Shown in pieces: positions 28,991-38,213 of a stretch of DNA of 64,000 nucleotides. The DNA lies in the IMG/VR virus record IMGVR_UViG_3300037067_007008, positions 1,634 through 65,633 of that record, one strand, 5' to 3'. The translations under genes were made by a program, and so were the position numbers. Under the pieces are notes generated by a model, which saw only the letters and a list, made by a program, of their open reading frames with translations, made no database searches and was not told the origin of the DNA. Numbering within the stretch: position 1 is the stretch's first letter; each line of letters opens with the position of its first letter. The DNA is from a virus. Taxonomy: Duplodnaviria > Caudoviricetes.

Positions 28991-30122
28991 CTTCCCACTC
29001 CCCAGCATGATGAGGTTCCCTGACTACAAATGCACCACTCCCAAGTGGATCATCAATCCTGTTGTAGCAGATATCCAAATAGGGGCACTTCTTTTTATAC
29101 TGATTACTGTAACAGAACTGATCCATCCTGGCTGGGAATATGGCATCCATCACCATATCCTCCTCAGTCTCTAGTAAGATAATCCCATTCTTAATCAGGT
29201 TCTGTCTCCTGGCAGCCTGCCTCTTCCAAGTATCCACCTCTCTTGGATCTCTATAGATGACAGCATTAAATAGCATTCCATTCACAACCTCTTCCGGTAG
29301 CTGCTTAACCCATAGCCCCATGCCCATTACATAAGGATCAAATGGCTTCCAGTCTCTCTTCCTTCCCAGTGCAGAGTCAAACCCATAGGTCTCATTGCCG
29401 AAGTCATCAGTCATCTTATAAGCTCTTACTAGTGGAGAGTAGTAAGTATAAGTCCCATCATCCCCTTTCCTCTTGCTCCCTTTGTAAAGGAACTCCATCG
29501 CCACACCAGCTGGCTGCTTCCCATACTTATGCTCAATGTCAAGGCAGTGAGTCATAGTCTGAATAGAATATCTAAAGCTCTCCAGATAATCATCGCTCAT
29601 CCACCCAGTAGTCTTGAACTCAGGCCCTGCGAAGTACTCTCCATCATCCTTCCTCTCAAGCACTCCATCAAGCCTGCTCATCAGTTCAATCCCATCACTG
29701 ATAGGGATGATATGCTCCTCTTCAACAGCCACTATGTTATAGCGTTCCAGAATATAAGGCAGCCTATTGAGAGTCCAAACCCTAGCCAACCCTTCGGCCA
29801 GAGCACACTGTCTCTGCATCTCAAGCTCAAGCTCAGCAGTAACCTCAGTGAAGCCTGCCTTCTCTACCTCTTCCCTGTAAGCCTGGACTGCTGAGGAGCA
29901 ATACACATCCATACCCTCCTCATCAGGCACCTCACCCTTCACCTTGGCATGAGTCATCACAGCCTGCAGAATCTCATGACACAGAGTTCCAGTCTGCTGA
30001 TACAGATCCAACCCCTTCCTGACTATCCCTTTACCACCATAATAGTAGTTAAGGAATGCCTTCCTAGGGCAGTCTATATAGCATTGATCATGGCTCCTGC
30101 TAAAGCGCCAAACCTTATCCAT
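28980..30122 (-). CDS. PD-(D/E)XK exonuclease, Cas4/RecB-like
   Basis: RLDG...EFKT catalytic motif. N-terminal DCPRK plus C-terminal C-x8-CPYLDIC Cys staple. Confidence 0.75.
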   Translation of the reverse strand: MDKVWRFSRSHDQCYIDCPRKAFLNYYYGGKGIVRKGLDLYQQTGTLCHEILQAVMTHAKVKGEVPDEEGMDVYCSSAVQAYREEVEKAGFTEVTAELELEMQRQCALAEGLARVWTLNRLPYILERYNIVAVEEEHIIPISDGIELMSRLDGVLERKDDGEYFAGPEFKTTGWMSDDYLESFRYSIQTMTHCLDIEHKYGKQPAGVAMEFLYKGSKRKGDDGTYTYYSPLVRAYKMTDDFGNETYGFDSALGRKRDWKPFDPYVMGMGLWVKQLPEEVVNGMLFNAVIYRDPREVDTWKRQAARRQNLIKNGIILLETEEDMVMDAIFPARMDQFCYSNQYKKKCPYLDICYNRIDDPLGSGAFVVREPHHAGEWEDES

Positions 30123-30279
30123 TATCCCACCTCTGCTGGGTTCTCAATCTCTTTGAACGCCTTCTCAGCAGCATTCAACATGCTTCTCATGGTTCCATAC
30201 ACATACACAGAATCCTCATCACTGATCTGCATACAAAACCCTCTGCTGTCCTTCCAAATGCTAACCTTAACAGTATCCA

Positions 30280-30513
30280 TTAGAAAATCTCCTTTTCTGC
30301 CTGCATTAAACGGTTCATTGCCTTTAAATACTCCCCTCCACTCATAGAGATGGAGTGTTTTTGTAACGCCAACAACGTCAGTAACAAATCCTTCCTCTGC
30401 TGCCTTCGGGCCAGATTATTTCTGGATGCTTCCTGACCAAGCAGCCTATCAATCTGGTCCATGATCTCACTGTAATCCTCAGTTACATTCCCATATCCTC
30501 TATATGAACTCAT
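30280..30513 (-). CDS. Hypothetical protein
   Basis: 77 aa, coupled to the upstream RHH-like gene. Confidence 0.45.
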   Translation of the reverse strand: MSSYRGYGNVTEDYSEIMDQIDRLLGQEASRNNLARRQQRKDLLLTLLALQKHSISMSGGEYLKAMNRLMQAEKEIF

Positions 30514-30704
30514 TTTGCCAGCAACCCCAGCTTCTCCATAGTCCAGTTCCTTATTAAAGTAGCCACTGGAATCCCTGTCGCGTCTGACTCCTGAAGAAGA
30601 AGTTTGTATGCCACATCACCAAATTTCACACTCAAACCATGATGAAGAGCATTGCGTTTAACAGGTCTTCCAGGCCTCTTTTTCCTCAATCTTTTTGCTT
30701 GCAT
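30510..30704 (-). CDS. Ribbon-helix-helix-like DNA-binding protein
   Basis: Basic N-terminus, then LSVKFGDVAYKLLLQESDATGIPVATLIRNW (strand-helix-helix). ATG at 30704. Confidence 0.55.
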   Translation of the reverse strand: MQAKRLRKKRPGRPVKRNALHHGLSVKFGDVAYKLLLQESDATGIPVATLIRNWTMEKLGLLAK

Positions 30705-30711
30705 GGGAATC

Positions 30712-30740
30712 ATTGTAAGACTGCAAAAAAATTTTGTCAA
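30712..30740 (-). promoter_or_regulatory. Sigma70-type promoter, leftward (replication operon)
   Basis: TTGACA-N17-TACAAT on the minus strand. Confidence 0.7.
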
Positions 30741-30813
30741 CCCTTAATGAGGAAGTTTTTTAATATTTTTTGAAATTAAGTGAATCTCCATTATTAAAGA
30801 GGGGCGAATCTTA

Positions 30814-30843
30814 TTGACAACCTTATAAATAAAGGGATAGGCT
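30814..30843 (+). promoter_or_regulatory. Putative sigma70-type promoter, rightward (helicase)
   Basis: TTGACA-N18-TAGGCT in the divergent intergenic gap. Confidence 0.4.
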
Positions 30844-30976
30844 ACTCCAGTGCTTTAAATTACTGATCACGGAGAACTTCACTTAATCTTCACCTTTGGC
30901 CAGGTGGAGATCTTCAACTAACAGGAGGTTTCACAGGATGTCTCCCCTATCGGAGCCTCCTGTTTAGGAGACTTTA

Positions 30977-31981
30977 ATGACCAGACCACTGCCAGATGCA
31001 CCAGATCCTATTGTGACTCAACTCTTTTACCCTGGAGAACTTACCCTTATAGGAGGAGCACCAGGAATAGGCAAGACCAGAATGGCTCTTCACTTAGCCT
31101 ATGGCTTAGCCTCAGGCTTAGAGGGTTGGTGGGGTCAGTACGACCCTATGCCTATCCTCTATTGTGCTCAACGTAGTATGGTATCCACAGCCATTCAGAT
31201 GAGAACTGTGGGACTCAACGATATTCCAGACCTTCTCAACTTCTTCTGCCCTGCTGACTTAGACAGAGACCAACGAATTGACTTTGAAAATAACCCAATT
31301 AGATACTTAGAACGTAATGTACTAAATACAGGCCCTATACCAGAAATAGTTTTTATGGATGTCCTCTACACATATATCCCTCCAAGCAGCCCAGGAAAAC
31401 TTATTAACCTTAACAATTACACAGAATTAGCTAGAGGTTGTAACGAACTATACCTATGTGCCCAAAAGTACCAATTCGCGGTAACACCTTTACATCACAC
31501 AGCCAAACAGAAAACTGACAGTAAGCATGAAGAAGCCTCAGAGCGTATCCTTGGATCTCAGGCTATCGCAGCGGCTATAAACTCTTCCTGCATCTTAGAC
31601 CATGCTATCCCGAACAATTCAGACTATCTACGTGTCTACCGTATGTGTCGATTTGACAAAACCCCAGCTGTTCAATACTTCAATGGTGACGACTTCAGTG
31701 AAGTATCGGAGATGGAGGCTACCACAGAAAAGTTTACTGACGCTACTCAGGTACAATTAGGACCAGCAGAATTAAAAATATTAGACCAAGTATCTGCAAA
31801 TCCCATATTACTGTCAGAGATAGCTCAGTTATGTAAGGATAAGTTTGACATGGAGCCAAATAATACTTACAACATTCTAACCAGACTACAACAAAAAGGC
31901 CGCATAATCGTGGATGGCACTCGGAGATCTCGCACAGCTTGTAGAGTAAATTCTGAGGCTCCAAAAAGCCAAGAAAAGTAA
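30977..31981 (+). CDS. RepA-like/AAA_25 helicase-type ATPase with C-terminal winged-helix-like domain
   Basis: GGAPGIGKT Walker A, IVFMD Walker B, LHHTAK, ILGSQAIAA. C-terminal HTH-like segment. SD AGGAG. Confidence 0.75.
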   Translation: MTRPLPDAPDPIVTQLFYPGELTLIGGAPGIGKTRMALHLAYGLASGLEGWWGQYDPMPILYCAQRSMVSTAIQMRTVGLNDIPDLLNFFCPADLDRDQRIDFENNPIRYLERNVLNTGPIPEIVFMDVLYTYIPPSSPGKLINLNNYTELARGCNELYLCAQKYQFAVTPLHHTAKQKTDSKHEEASERILGSQAIAAAINSSCILDHAIPNNSDYLRVYRMCRFDKTPAVQYFNGDDFSEVSEMEATTEKFTDATQVQLGPAELKILDQVSANPILLSEIAQLCKDKFDMEPNNTYNILTRLQQKGRIIVDGTRRSRTACRVNSEAPKSQEK

Positions 31982-31989
31982 AAGTTAAA

Positions 31990-32175
31990 TTGGGGGGGTC
32001 GAGTGAATAGTGAAAAGGCTATTCACGACGACCCCCTATCAACTCCCTATTCACTTCCGCTAAGTTGTTGAGAATAAAGCTATTCACTCTATTCACGCGT
32101 AAAAACTCCCAATTTAAGTAAAAGCACTAAATTGTTGTCCTCAGATACGAGTGAATAGCGGCTATTCGTGAATAT
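31990..32175. repeat. Iteron-like repeat cluster, putative replication origin
   Basis: CTATTCAC or its complement GTGAATAG at 32003, 32019, 32047, 32080, 32089 and 32151, with partial copies at 32162 and 32168. An inverted repeat spans ~31993-32036. Confidence 0.55.
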
Positions 32176-32220
32176 AAATTTCATCCAAATTTTCTTCTTA
32201 TCTTATTGTAAATATTCAAG

Positions 32221-32418
32221 TTAGTCCTCATTTATGAAAAAAGTCGTCTTGTCAAATTTTGGGTCATTCTCTTCCAAAATGGAGATAATTTTCAGCTCAA
32301 TAGTGTCCATCATTTCTCTCTTCTTGAAGCTGGTTTCCCTCCTCAAATCCATTTCTCTTCTTTCATCCGAAAATATCCTGGCTATCTTTACCCAATATGG
32401 TAATTTACTTCGTTTCAT
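32221..32418 (-). CDS. Hypothetical protein
   Basis: 65 aa, SD AGGAG. Confidence 0.45.
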   Translation of the reverse strand: MKRSKLPYWVKIARIFSDERREMDLRRETSFKKREMMDTIELKIISILEENDPKFDKTTFFINED

Positions 32419-32636
32419 ACCTTAGCTCCTTTCTTAACAGCCCCACCATTAGGGCCACATTCTCCCTTAACATAATCCATCCATCTCCCCTCCATAAAAG
32501 CAGAATTCTGAGTCCTACAGAACCTAGCCAGGACCTGGACCTGATCCATGGTAAAGCTCCCATCTCTCTTGATACAGTCTGCAAGTTCAATAAAGTCCTT
32601 CTTAGTCATACTCATCTCCCTACCTCCATTAACCAA
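32415..32636 (-). CDS. Hypothetical phage protein
   Basis: MTKKDFIELADCI...FC...N..F motif. The true start is probably at MSMTKK. Confidence 0.45.
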   Translation of the reverse strand: MVNGGREMSMTKKDFIELADCIKRDGSFTMDQVQVLARFCRTQNSAFMEGRWMDYVKGECGPNGGAVKKGAKV

Positions 32637-32815
32637 ATCCTCCTATCAGCCTCTCTACGCTCAGGACAATCTCCTACCATACACCATATGACCTGACCAT
32701 AGAACTCAGGTGTCATTAGGTCAGGCTTTCTTCCAAAGTGGTCCAAGACCAAAGCATCAACAATACTCTCACTATAGTCAGCATTTTCATCATAGAACAT
32801 CATCTCTACCTCCAA
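32612..32815 (-). CDS. Hypothetical protein
   Basis: 67 aa, in chain with neighbours. Confidence 0.4.
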   Translation of the reverse strand: MEVEMMFYDENADYSESIVDALVLDHFGRKPDLMTPEFYGQVIWCMVGDCPERREADRRIWLMEVGR

Positions 32816-33057
32816 ATACGGTTCACCCTTTTATTTGCTCTGTACTGCCCCACACGGGGTTTTTATAAAAAAGTCACCTACCATGGGCACTTCTAACCAA
32901 AAACTCAACCTCACCAAGCCTAGTCCACAAATCAGGCCAATTTACGGTTCATCTTTAACTAATACCACCCCAAGGTACGGTTCACTCAATACAAAGTACG
33001 GTTCATCACTTATTCCTCCCTTTTGGCTGCTGAAAACAAAAAAAAGTCATTAGAGAC

Positions 33058-33090
33058 AAAAAAAGGGTATAGCATCTCTGCTATACCCTT
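33058..33090 (-). terminator. Rho-independent terminator
   Basis: AAGGGTATAGC/GCTATACCCTT stem followed by a U-run on the minus strand. Confidence 0.7.
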
Positions 33091-33098
33091 ACCTTAAT

Positions 33099-33470
33099 CT
33101 AAGCCTTAGCCTCTCCCTTATCCTTCTCAGCCTGTTCCTTTAGTATATCTAAGACATGTTCATATTCCATACAGGACATAACTACACTCTGACTTAAGGC
33201 CATAACAGCTTCCCTAGTCATAGGTATCTCTCCCCTAGATACAGCCGAGACAACACAAGCCTTAGCCATCTTTACCAGGATCTCATCCTTATCCTTACAG
33301 GTCATGACCATGGCATAGGCTGCTATCTTTAGGGCCTTCTGAACACCTTCACCTCTGATGTCTATAGGTTCATTCTCCCCCTTAGACTCTGTATGTATAG
33401 CAGTAATAGCCATCTCTGCCATACTCTTTAGGTCTTTCTCACTTAACATCCTTTCCCTCCACTCTGTCAA
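33099..33470 (-). CDS. Hypothetical protein
   Basis: 123 aa, helical. Confidence 0.5.
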   Translation of the reverse strand: MTEWRERMLSEKDLKSMAEMAITAIHTESKGENEPIDIRGEGVQKALKIAAYAMVMTCKDKDEILVKMAKACVVSAVSRGEIPMTREAVMALSQSVVMSCMEYEHVLDILKEQAEKDKGEAKA

Positions 33471-33584
33471 TCGTTTTGATACTCACTCCTCAACACAAAC
33501 ATAAATGGCCCGAAGTGAAATATGAACCATTTAGTTCCTAAGCTAGTCTTGGCATAGGTAAGGCCAAAGAGTAGCTGAGTCCAT

Positions 33585-34139
33585 TTATATGTTGCATGAA
33601 AGTGCATCCCTTCCTACCTCCATATCATGTTGGTCAGTAATTGGTCTAAGCATTAGCTTACCTATTACATCTACTATAGATATAGGCTTATACCCTAGTC
33701 TATCTACACCTACATCCATGCTTCTGTTGAAGTCAGGAATATTCCCATGACTGTGCCCATATAGATGCATGGAACCATGAATACTATTCCTCCATACTCT
33801 ATGAGCGTAATGAGATAGGAATAATCTGTAACCTTCATATCTCAGGTATAGAACATCCTGAACGGTGCTAAAGGAAGAGTTCTTAATCCCATTTAGCCTT
33901 TTGTAATCATGGTTCCCTAGAATCAGGTGATGTCTTCTGCCATTCAACCTAGCCACCCATAAGGCAGGATCATTGAAGGCAAAATCACCTAAGTGATATA
34001 CCTCATCTTTATCTGTAACTATTGAGTTAAATATACTTACTAACCCTTCATTCATATCTTCAACATCTTTGAAGGGCCTGTCACAGAACTTTATGATCCC
34101 TGTGTGGCCATAGTGCTGATCTGCTGTGAAGTAGATCAT
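33585..34139 (-). CDS. Calcineurin-like metallophosphoesterase
   Basis: DQHYGH, HLGDFAF, ILGNHD, LSHY, GHSHG motifs. Confidence 0.9.
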   Translation of the reverse strand: MIYFTADQHYGHTGIIKFCDRPFKDVEDMNEGLVSIFNSIVTDKDEVYHLGDFAFNDPALWVARLNGRRHHLILGNHDYKRLNGIKNSSFSTVQDVLYLRYEGYRLFLSHYAHRVWRNSIHGSMHLYGHSHGNIPDFNRSMDVGVDRLGYKPISIVDVIGKLMLRPITDQHDMEVGRDALSCNI

Positions 34140-34152
34140 TTTCTCTCCTCCA

Positions 34153-34245
34153 TTAGTCCATCATCTTGTCTATAATGCAACCAAGTCCAAATATGGCCAG
34201 GATGATTATTACCAAAGCCCCAACCACCGCAAGAAATGTCTCCAT
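34153..34245 (-). CDS. Small single-TM protein (30 aa)
   Basis: METFLAVVGALVIIILAIFGLGCIIDKMMD, below the ORF-track cutoff. Confidence 0.45.
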   Translation of the reverse strand: METFLAVVGALVIIILAIFGLGCIIDKMMD

Positions 34246-34433
34246 CTCTACCCCCTTGCCCTTACCAGTTCAATGATCATCTCCACTGCTTCAGAAGTAT
34301 CAGTCTCTCCTATAAGCCACTCATCAGTGACCTCACTGATCCTATCCATAATCTCTTCATCATCCATCCCTTTGTCCTCCATAACTACAAAAAGGGGCTG
34401 CCTTCAGCAGGCAACCCCCATTCCATCAATAAG

Positions 34434-34826
34434 TTAAATCCCTCTCAGAGTGTAAGTCTCCTTCCCATCCTCATTGTACTTACTGACAATAGCAGACCGA
34501 TGACGTTTCAGATGGTAGTTTACTGAGCCTTTGTTGATCCCAGCAACACCCATGATGTCCTCCACGGTGCACAGTCCAGTGCTCAGGTAATCCCGGATGA
34601 CCTTCCAGGTTTCACCCTTACACCGCTTAGGCACTCTCCTCCAGCCCTTGCCATGCTTAACCTTCATGGTCAGTGTAGCAGCTATATCAGGCTTCGGAGG
34701 ATCTTCCAGGCAGGTCATTATTTTGCCAAGGTTTACCGATAAATCTGTCAATCTCTGAGCTTCCTTGGTTACCTTGTCCAGCATTCCTTCCAACTGCTTC
34801 TTCAGCTCATTCTCCACGATACTCAT
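34434..34826 (-). CDS. Hypothetical protein with coiled coil and C-terminal HTH-like segment
   Basis: TVEDIMGVAGINKGSVNYHLK resembles an HTH. Confidence 0.5.
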   Translation of the reverse strand: MSIVENELKKQLEGMLDKVTKEAQRLTDLSVNLGKIMTCLEDPPKPDIAATLTMKVKHGKGWRRVPKRCKGETWKVIRDYLSTGLCTVEDIMGVAGINKGSVNYHLKRHRSAIVSKYNEDGKETYTLRGI

Positions 34827-35239
34827 TAGTGAATAGTCTCCTTTTCCTCTTCATGTTTACATTCCCCACACTCACAGCACTCTTCAAAGTCATCCTCAGC
34901 TCCATCACTCCTGAACTTAGGACTAACTGTGATGACTCCATCACCCTGCAGGACTCCTAACAGGATAGTAAATGCACCCTTAATGAGCATATGAAGTTCT
35001 GTCATATCATCAGGATTAAGAGTGACTCTTGTAGCCATGGACTCTGTTATAGCCCTTGACATTACCAAGTTGCACTCTATTGGTCCTTCAGTATTCTGCA
35101 GAATCTCAGCCATCAACTCACAGAATGCATCTGTAGGCCTTCCCTTCTCATCCTCATAACCCCCATCCTTAAGTTCCTGTAAGGCGGTTATGACCTTCTT
35201 AACTACTTCATCCTGTTTACTATCCATGACTACCTCCAT
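34826..35239 (-). CDS. Hypothetical protein
   Basis: 137 aa, C-terminal Cys cluster. Confidence 0.5.
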   Translation of the reverse strand: MEVVMDSKQDEVVKKVITALQELKDGGYEDEKGRPTDAFCELMAEILQNTEGPIECNLVMSRAITESMATRVTLNPDDMTELHMLIKGAFTILLGVLQGDGVITVSPKFRSDGAEDDFEECCECGECKHEEEKETIH

Positions 35240-35355
35240 GAAATAGACCTTTGAAAAACTCTACTGCTATATCCAATAACAGTACTACTGCAGAACAGAT
35301 CACCAGGACTGTTATCAGGATAGATTCAATCAGACGCCAGACTAAGGGTTCACCT

Positions 35356-35598
35356 TCACTCATGGGGCACGCTTACGGACTTCTTAGCGTGTTCCACAAT
35401 GGCGCTGTTTACAGCATTGGCGAAGTCCATCATCCCTGATAGACCTCGCTCTCCGTCAAAGTGGAGTATTACCTCGGCAACTCCATCGGCTGTGCTGATT
35501 CTGATCCAGCCACCATTTACGGCTGCTGAAGCATCACCTGACTTAGCAGATACTACATACTTCCCTTCACCATGAAGGTTTGTACTGCTACTACTCAT
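35356..35598 (-). CDS. Hypothetical protein
   Basis: 80 aa, SD AGGAGG. Confidence 0.5.
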   Translation of the reverse strand: MSSSSTNLHGEGKYVVSAKSGDASAAVNGGWIRISTADGVAEVILHFDGERGLSGMMDFANAVNSAIVEHAKKSVSVPHE

Positions 35599-35654
35599 GC
35601 TTCCTCCTTATAACTTATTAATATACTTATACTTATATAGGTATAAATATAAGC

Positions 35655-36044
35655 TTATTCAGGCTCATCACTCTCATTCTTGAAGTAGACTTTATCTTCT
35701 TCAATTACCTCTCCCGTGACCCTCCTTTCTCTTTCCTGCTTAGCCTTTATCTCTGCTGCTCTCTTCTTTACCCGCTCTATCCAAGGTTCACTTAGTATCA
35801 GCAGTTTAGCTTCTGCCTCTGTAGGGGTTGGATCTTTTGGCTCTTCTGGAGGGCAGTGACAGTGTTCTTTGCAGTAACCACAGGCCTTGCACCACATGTG
35901 TGAATCCTCTGGGTAGAGATCAACACCTTCATCACATTCAACGCATCTGATGCAGTTGTCACACTCTTTAGCTTCCTTACAGAAGTCACAGCCTCCAGTA
36001 CACACAACACTTATAGGGGGTGGAGTCTTAACTTCAGCACTCAA
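35655..36044 (-). CDS. Cys-rich putative metal-binding protein
   Basis: CTGGCDFC...CDNCIRCVEC...CKACGYCKEHCHC. Confidence 0.55.
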   Translation of the reverse strand: MSAEVKTPPPISVVCTGGCDFCKEAKECDNCIRCVECDEGVDLYPEDSHMWCKACGYCKEHCHCPPEEPKDPTPTEAEAKLLILSEPWIERVKKRAAEIKAKQERERRVTGEVIEEDKVYFKNESDEPE

Positions 36045-36141
36045 ACCTCACCAAACCTTTCTGGGGGGCCTCACCTTCTTGCCAGGCTAGCCCCCCTGAA
36101 TGAATGGAGGAACATTTCTTAATTATTACTCTTTGGAGGGG

Positions 36142-36381
36142 CTAAATCTTAACCCCAGGCATGGTAGGCTTGGCAGATTCAAGATCCTCAATGGAAGCCT
36201 TCTTCACTTCCACCAATCTGTCACTGATAACCCCTTCACTCAGCTTGGCCATCCTGTTGATCGGCTCCTTCACTACCGCATGAACGTTCCCCTTAGGGTC
36301 AGCCTTCACAAGGTAAGTGATCTTCTGCCATACAGTTACAGCCAACAGTTCCCTGTTATCCTTCTTCTCTTCAATAGCCAT
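36142..36381 (-). CDS. Hypothetical protein
   Basis: 79 aa, SD GGAGGT. Confidence 0.5.
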   Translation of the reverse strand: MAIEEKKDNRELLAVTVWQKITYLVKADPKGNVHAVVKEPINRMAKLSEGVISDRLVEVKKASIEDLESAKPTMPGVKI

Positions 36382-36383
36382 CT

Positions 36384-37790
36384 CTACTTCACCTCCAGGT
36401 CACAGTGATTAGCCAGAGCTTCCATCAACTTGGCTATCCTCTCAATCTTCCCTTCCTTAACCACCTTCTCCTTCTTTTCCATCTTCTTCTCTGCCACGAC
36501 CTGCAGAGCAACATTCATGAGCATATCACCGTCAATCACATCCGCCCTCTCTGCAATGCGGTAGTACCGTGCTCTCCTTGCAACTTCAGCAATATTGGCC
36601 GGAAGAGTTTCAGCCTTGGCCAGCAGCTCCCCAATGGCTTCATACTCACCCTTCTCAACCTTGAAGTCGGCAGTGCTGTACCGCTCCAACAGCAACGCTG
36701 CTGCAGGAGCATCAGGCACCGGCAGTGTAATAATCATGTCACTCCTTCCAGCTCTCTGAAATGTCTCAATCAGCTGATCTTTATGATTAGTAGTCAGCAG
36801 GAACTGAATATCCAGCTTCTTGCTATCCACACCATCAATGGCATTCAACAGGTTATTAGCAGTATCGTCCCTCTCACTCATCCTTCTGTCGATATCCTCT
36901 GCACTGATCAGCGTCGGACCAAAGTTATACCGATCTGCCATGCTGATGGCATCCTCAAGGAAGTTGATGTCCTTCAATAGGATAAAAGTCCTTCCATGCT
37001 TCTGACACAGCCCTGCAGCAATGCTCATAGTCAGAGTCTTGCCAGTTCCTGGCTGTCCATCCAGCACAGTCGTTCTCTTGGTTGGCAACCCATCGGCAAC
37101 AATCGCCTCTGAGTCCTCAATCATGCTGAAGACTGCCATATTCACAGCCCTATATTGAGCTTCAGGAAGTATCAGATCTTCCTTGGTCAATCCATTGGCC
37201 TTGAAGAACTTTGGAGGTTCCAACAGGATTGTCATCTCTCCAGAATCAGGATTCCGTACAGGCTCCACAATCAGAGCCTTACCCTTGTATATAGACTCAG
37301 CTTGCACAATATCCCTGGTGACATTCATCAGCTGCTTCACCAGAGGCAAGCTTTTCTTCTTGATCTCACCCTGCACCACAAATGCTGGCATCCCTTCGTG
37401 CATTCCAGCACCACACTGAAGCTCTCCCTCAACACCTGGCAGAGCCAAGCCACCCCATGGGACACTGATATATTCCCCATAGCTGACCTCTACTGACACC
37501 TCAACAGGTGGTACCTTCATAGGCCCCAGAAAGGTCTGCTTAATAGCATTCCGTGTCTCAATCCACCCAAACACAGCTCTGGCAGCCTTGGCCAGAGCAA
37601 ATGCACCATCCAGAGGCCATGCCTTCACCACTTCATTAACAGCAATAACAGTCTCTTCTTCCCTAAGCATCCTCTCACACCAGAGAGCTACCTCCTGGTA
37701 TGAGAGTCCTTTCAGTCTCTCTGCCATATTGATAGCCACGTTAGTCTTATCCTCACCTACTATGATTACAGCCTTCCTACCTTCAGTCAT
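36384..37790 (-). CDS. AAA+ ATPase (classical AAA clade-like)
   Basis: LDGQPGTGKT Walker A, ISAEDID Walker B, LLTTN sensor 1, FQRAGRSD second region of homology. Confidence 0.85.
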   Translation of the reverse strand: MTEGRKAVIIVGEDKTNVAINMAERLKGLSYQEVALWCERMLREEETVIAVNEVVKAWPLDGAFALAKAARAVFGWIETRNAIKQTFLGPMKVPPVEVSVEVSYGEYISVPWGGLALPGVEGELQCGAGMHEGMPAFVVQGEIKKKSLPLVKQLMNVTRDIVQAESIYKGKALIVEPVRNPDSGEMTILLEPPKFFKANGLTKEDLILPEAQYRAVNMAVFSMIEDSEAIVADGLPTKRTTVLDGQPGTGKTLTMSIAAGLCQKHGRTFILLKDINFLEDAISMADRYNFGPTLISAEDIDRRMSERDDTANNLLNAIDGVDSKKLDIQFLLTTNHKDQLIETFQRAGRSDMIITLPVPDAPAAALLLERYSTADFKVEKGEYEAIGELLAKAETLPANIAEVARRARYYRIAERADVIDGDMLMNVALQVVAEKKMEKKEKVVKEGKIERIAKLMEALANHCDLEVK

Positions 37791-37920
37791 ACTATTTATT
37801 CCTCCAATTACTATTACTACTATATGTATAGTAATAATAGTAATAGTAACTACTACTTACACCATGTAAGGAGCAGCGTAACTATCTACCTTTATTAGAG
37901 ATAGATAGTTATGTTGATCC

Positions 37921-38001
37921 TCAGTCCTTCCTGTCAATCCAAGCCATTACAGCAATAAAAGCAAAGAAGACTACAATAGTCAGGAAACCATAAATTCCCA
38001 T
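37921..38001 (-). CDS. Small single-TM protein (26 aa)
   Basis: MGIYGFLTIVVFFAFIAVMAWIDRKD, SD GAGGAGG. Confidence 0.5.
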   Translation of the reverse strand: MGIYGFLTIVVFFAFIAVMAWIDRKD

Positions 38002-38010
38002 ATTCCTCCT

Positions 38011-38097
38011 CTACCTCTTCATTCTTTTCTCAAGATATATTGCTATTCCTCCAATGGTGACGAGGCACAGCACCAAAAAAGCAATCAGTATGCTCAT
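38011..38097 (-). CDS. Small single-TM protein (28 aa)
   Basis: MSILIAFLVLCLVTIGGIAIYLEKRMKR, SD AAAGGAGG. Confidence 0.5.
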   Translation of the reverse strand: MSILIAFLVLCLVTIGGIAIYLEKRMKR

Positions 38098-38108
38098 CCT
38101 CCCTCCTT

Positions 38109-38213
38109 TCAATCCTGCATTGTATGGATAATCATCAATGCCAGTGCCACAAAGATTACCAGCACTGCAAATACTGGAATCAGCATCAGCATAGCCAGTG
38201 CAAACTCAATCAT
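38109..38213 (-). CDS. Small single-TM protein (34 aa)
   Basis: MIEFALAMLMLIPVFAVLVIFVALALMIIHTMQD, ATGA overlap with the upstream stop. Confidence 0.5.
   Translation of the reverse strand: MIEFALAMLMLIPVFAVLVIFVALALMIIHTMQD

Noticed and set aside
31990-32175. CRISPR array
   Set aside because: The repeats are 8-mers in both orientations with irregular spacing. The PD-(D/E)XK nuclease is a typical phage recombination exonuclease, with no cas1/cas2.
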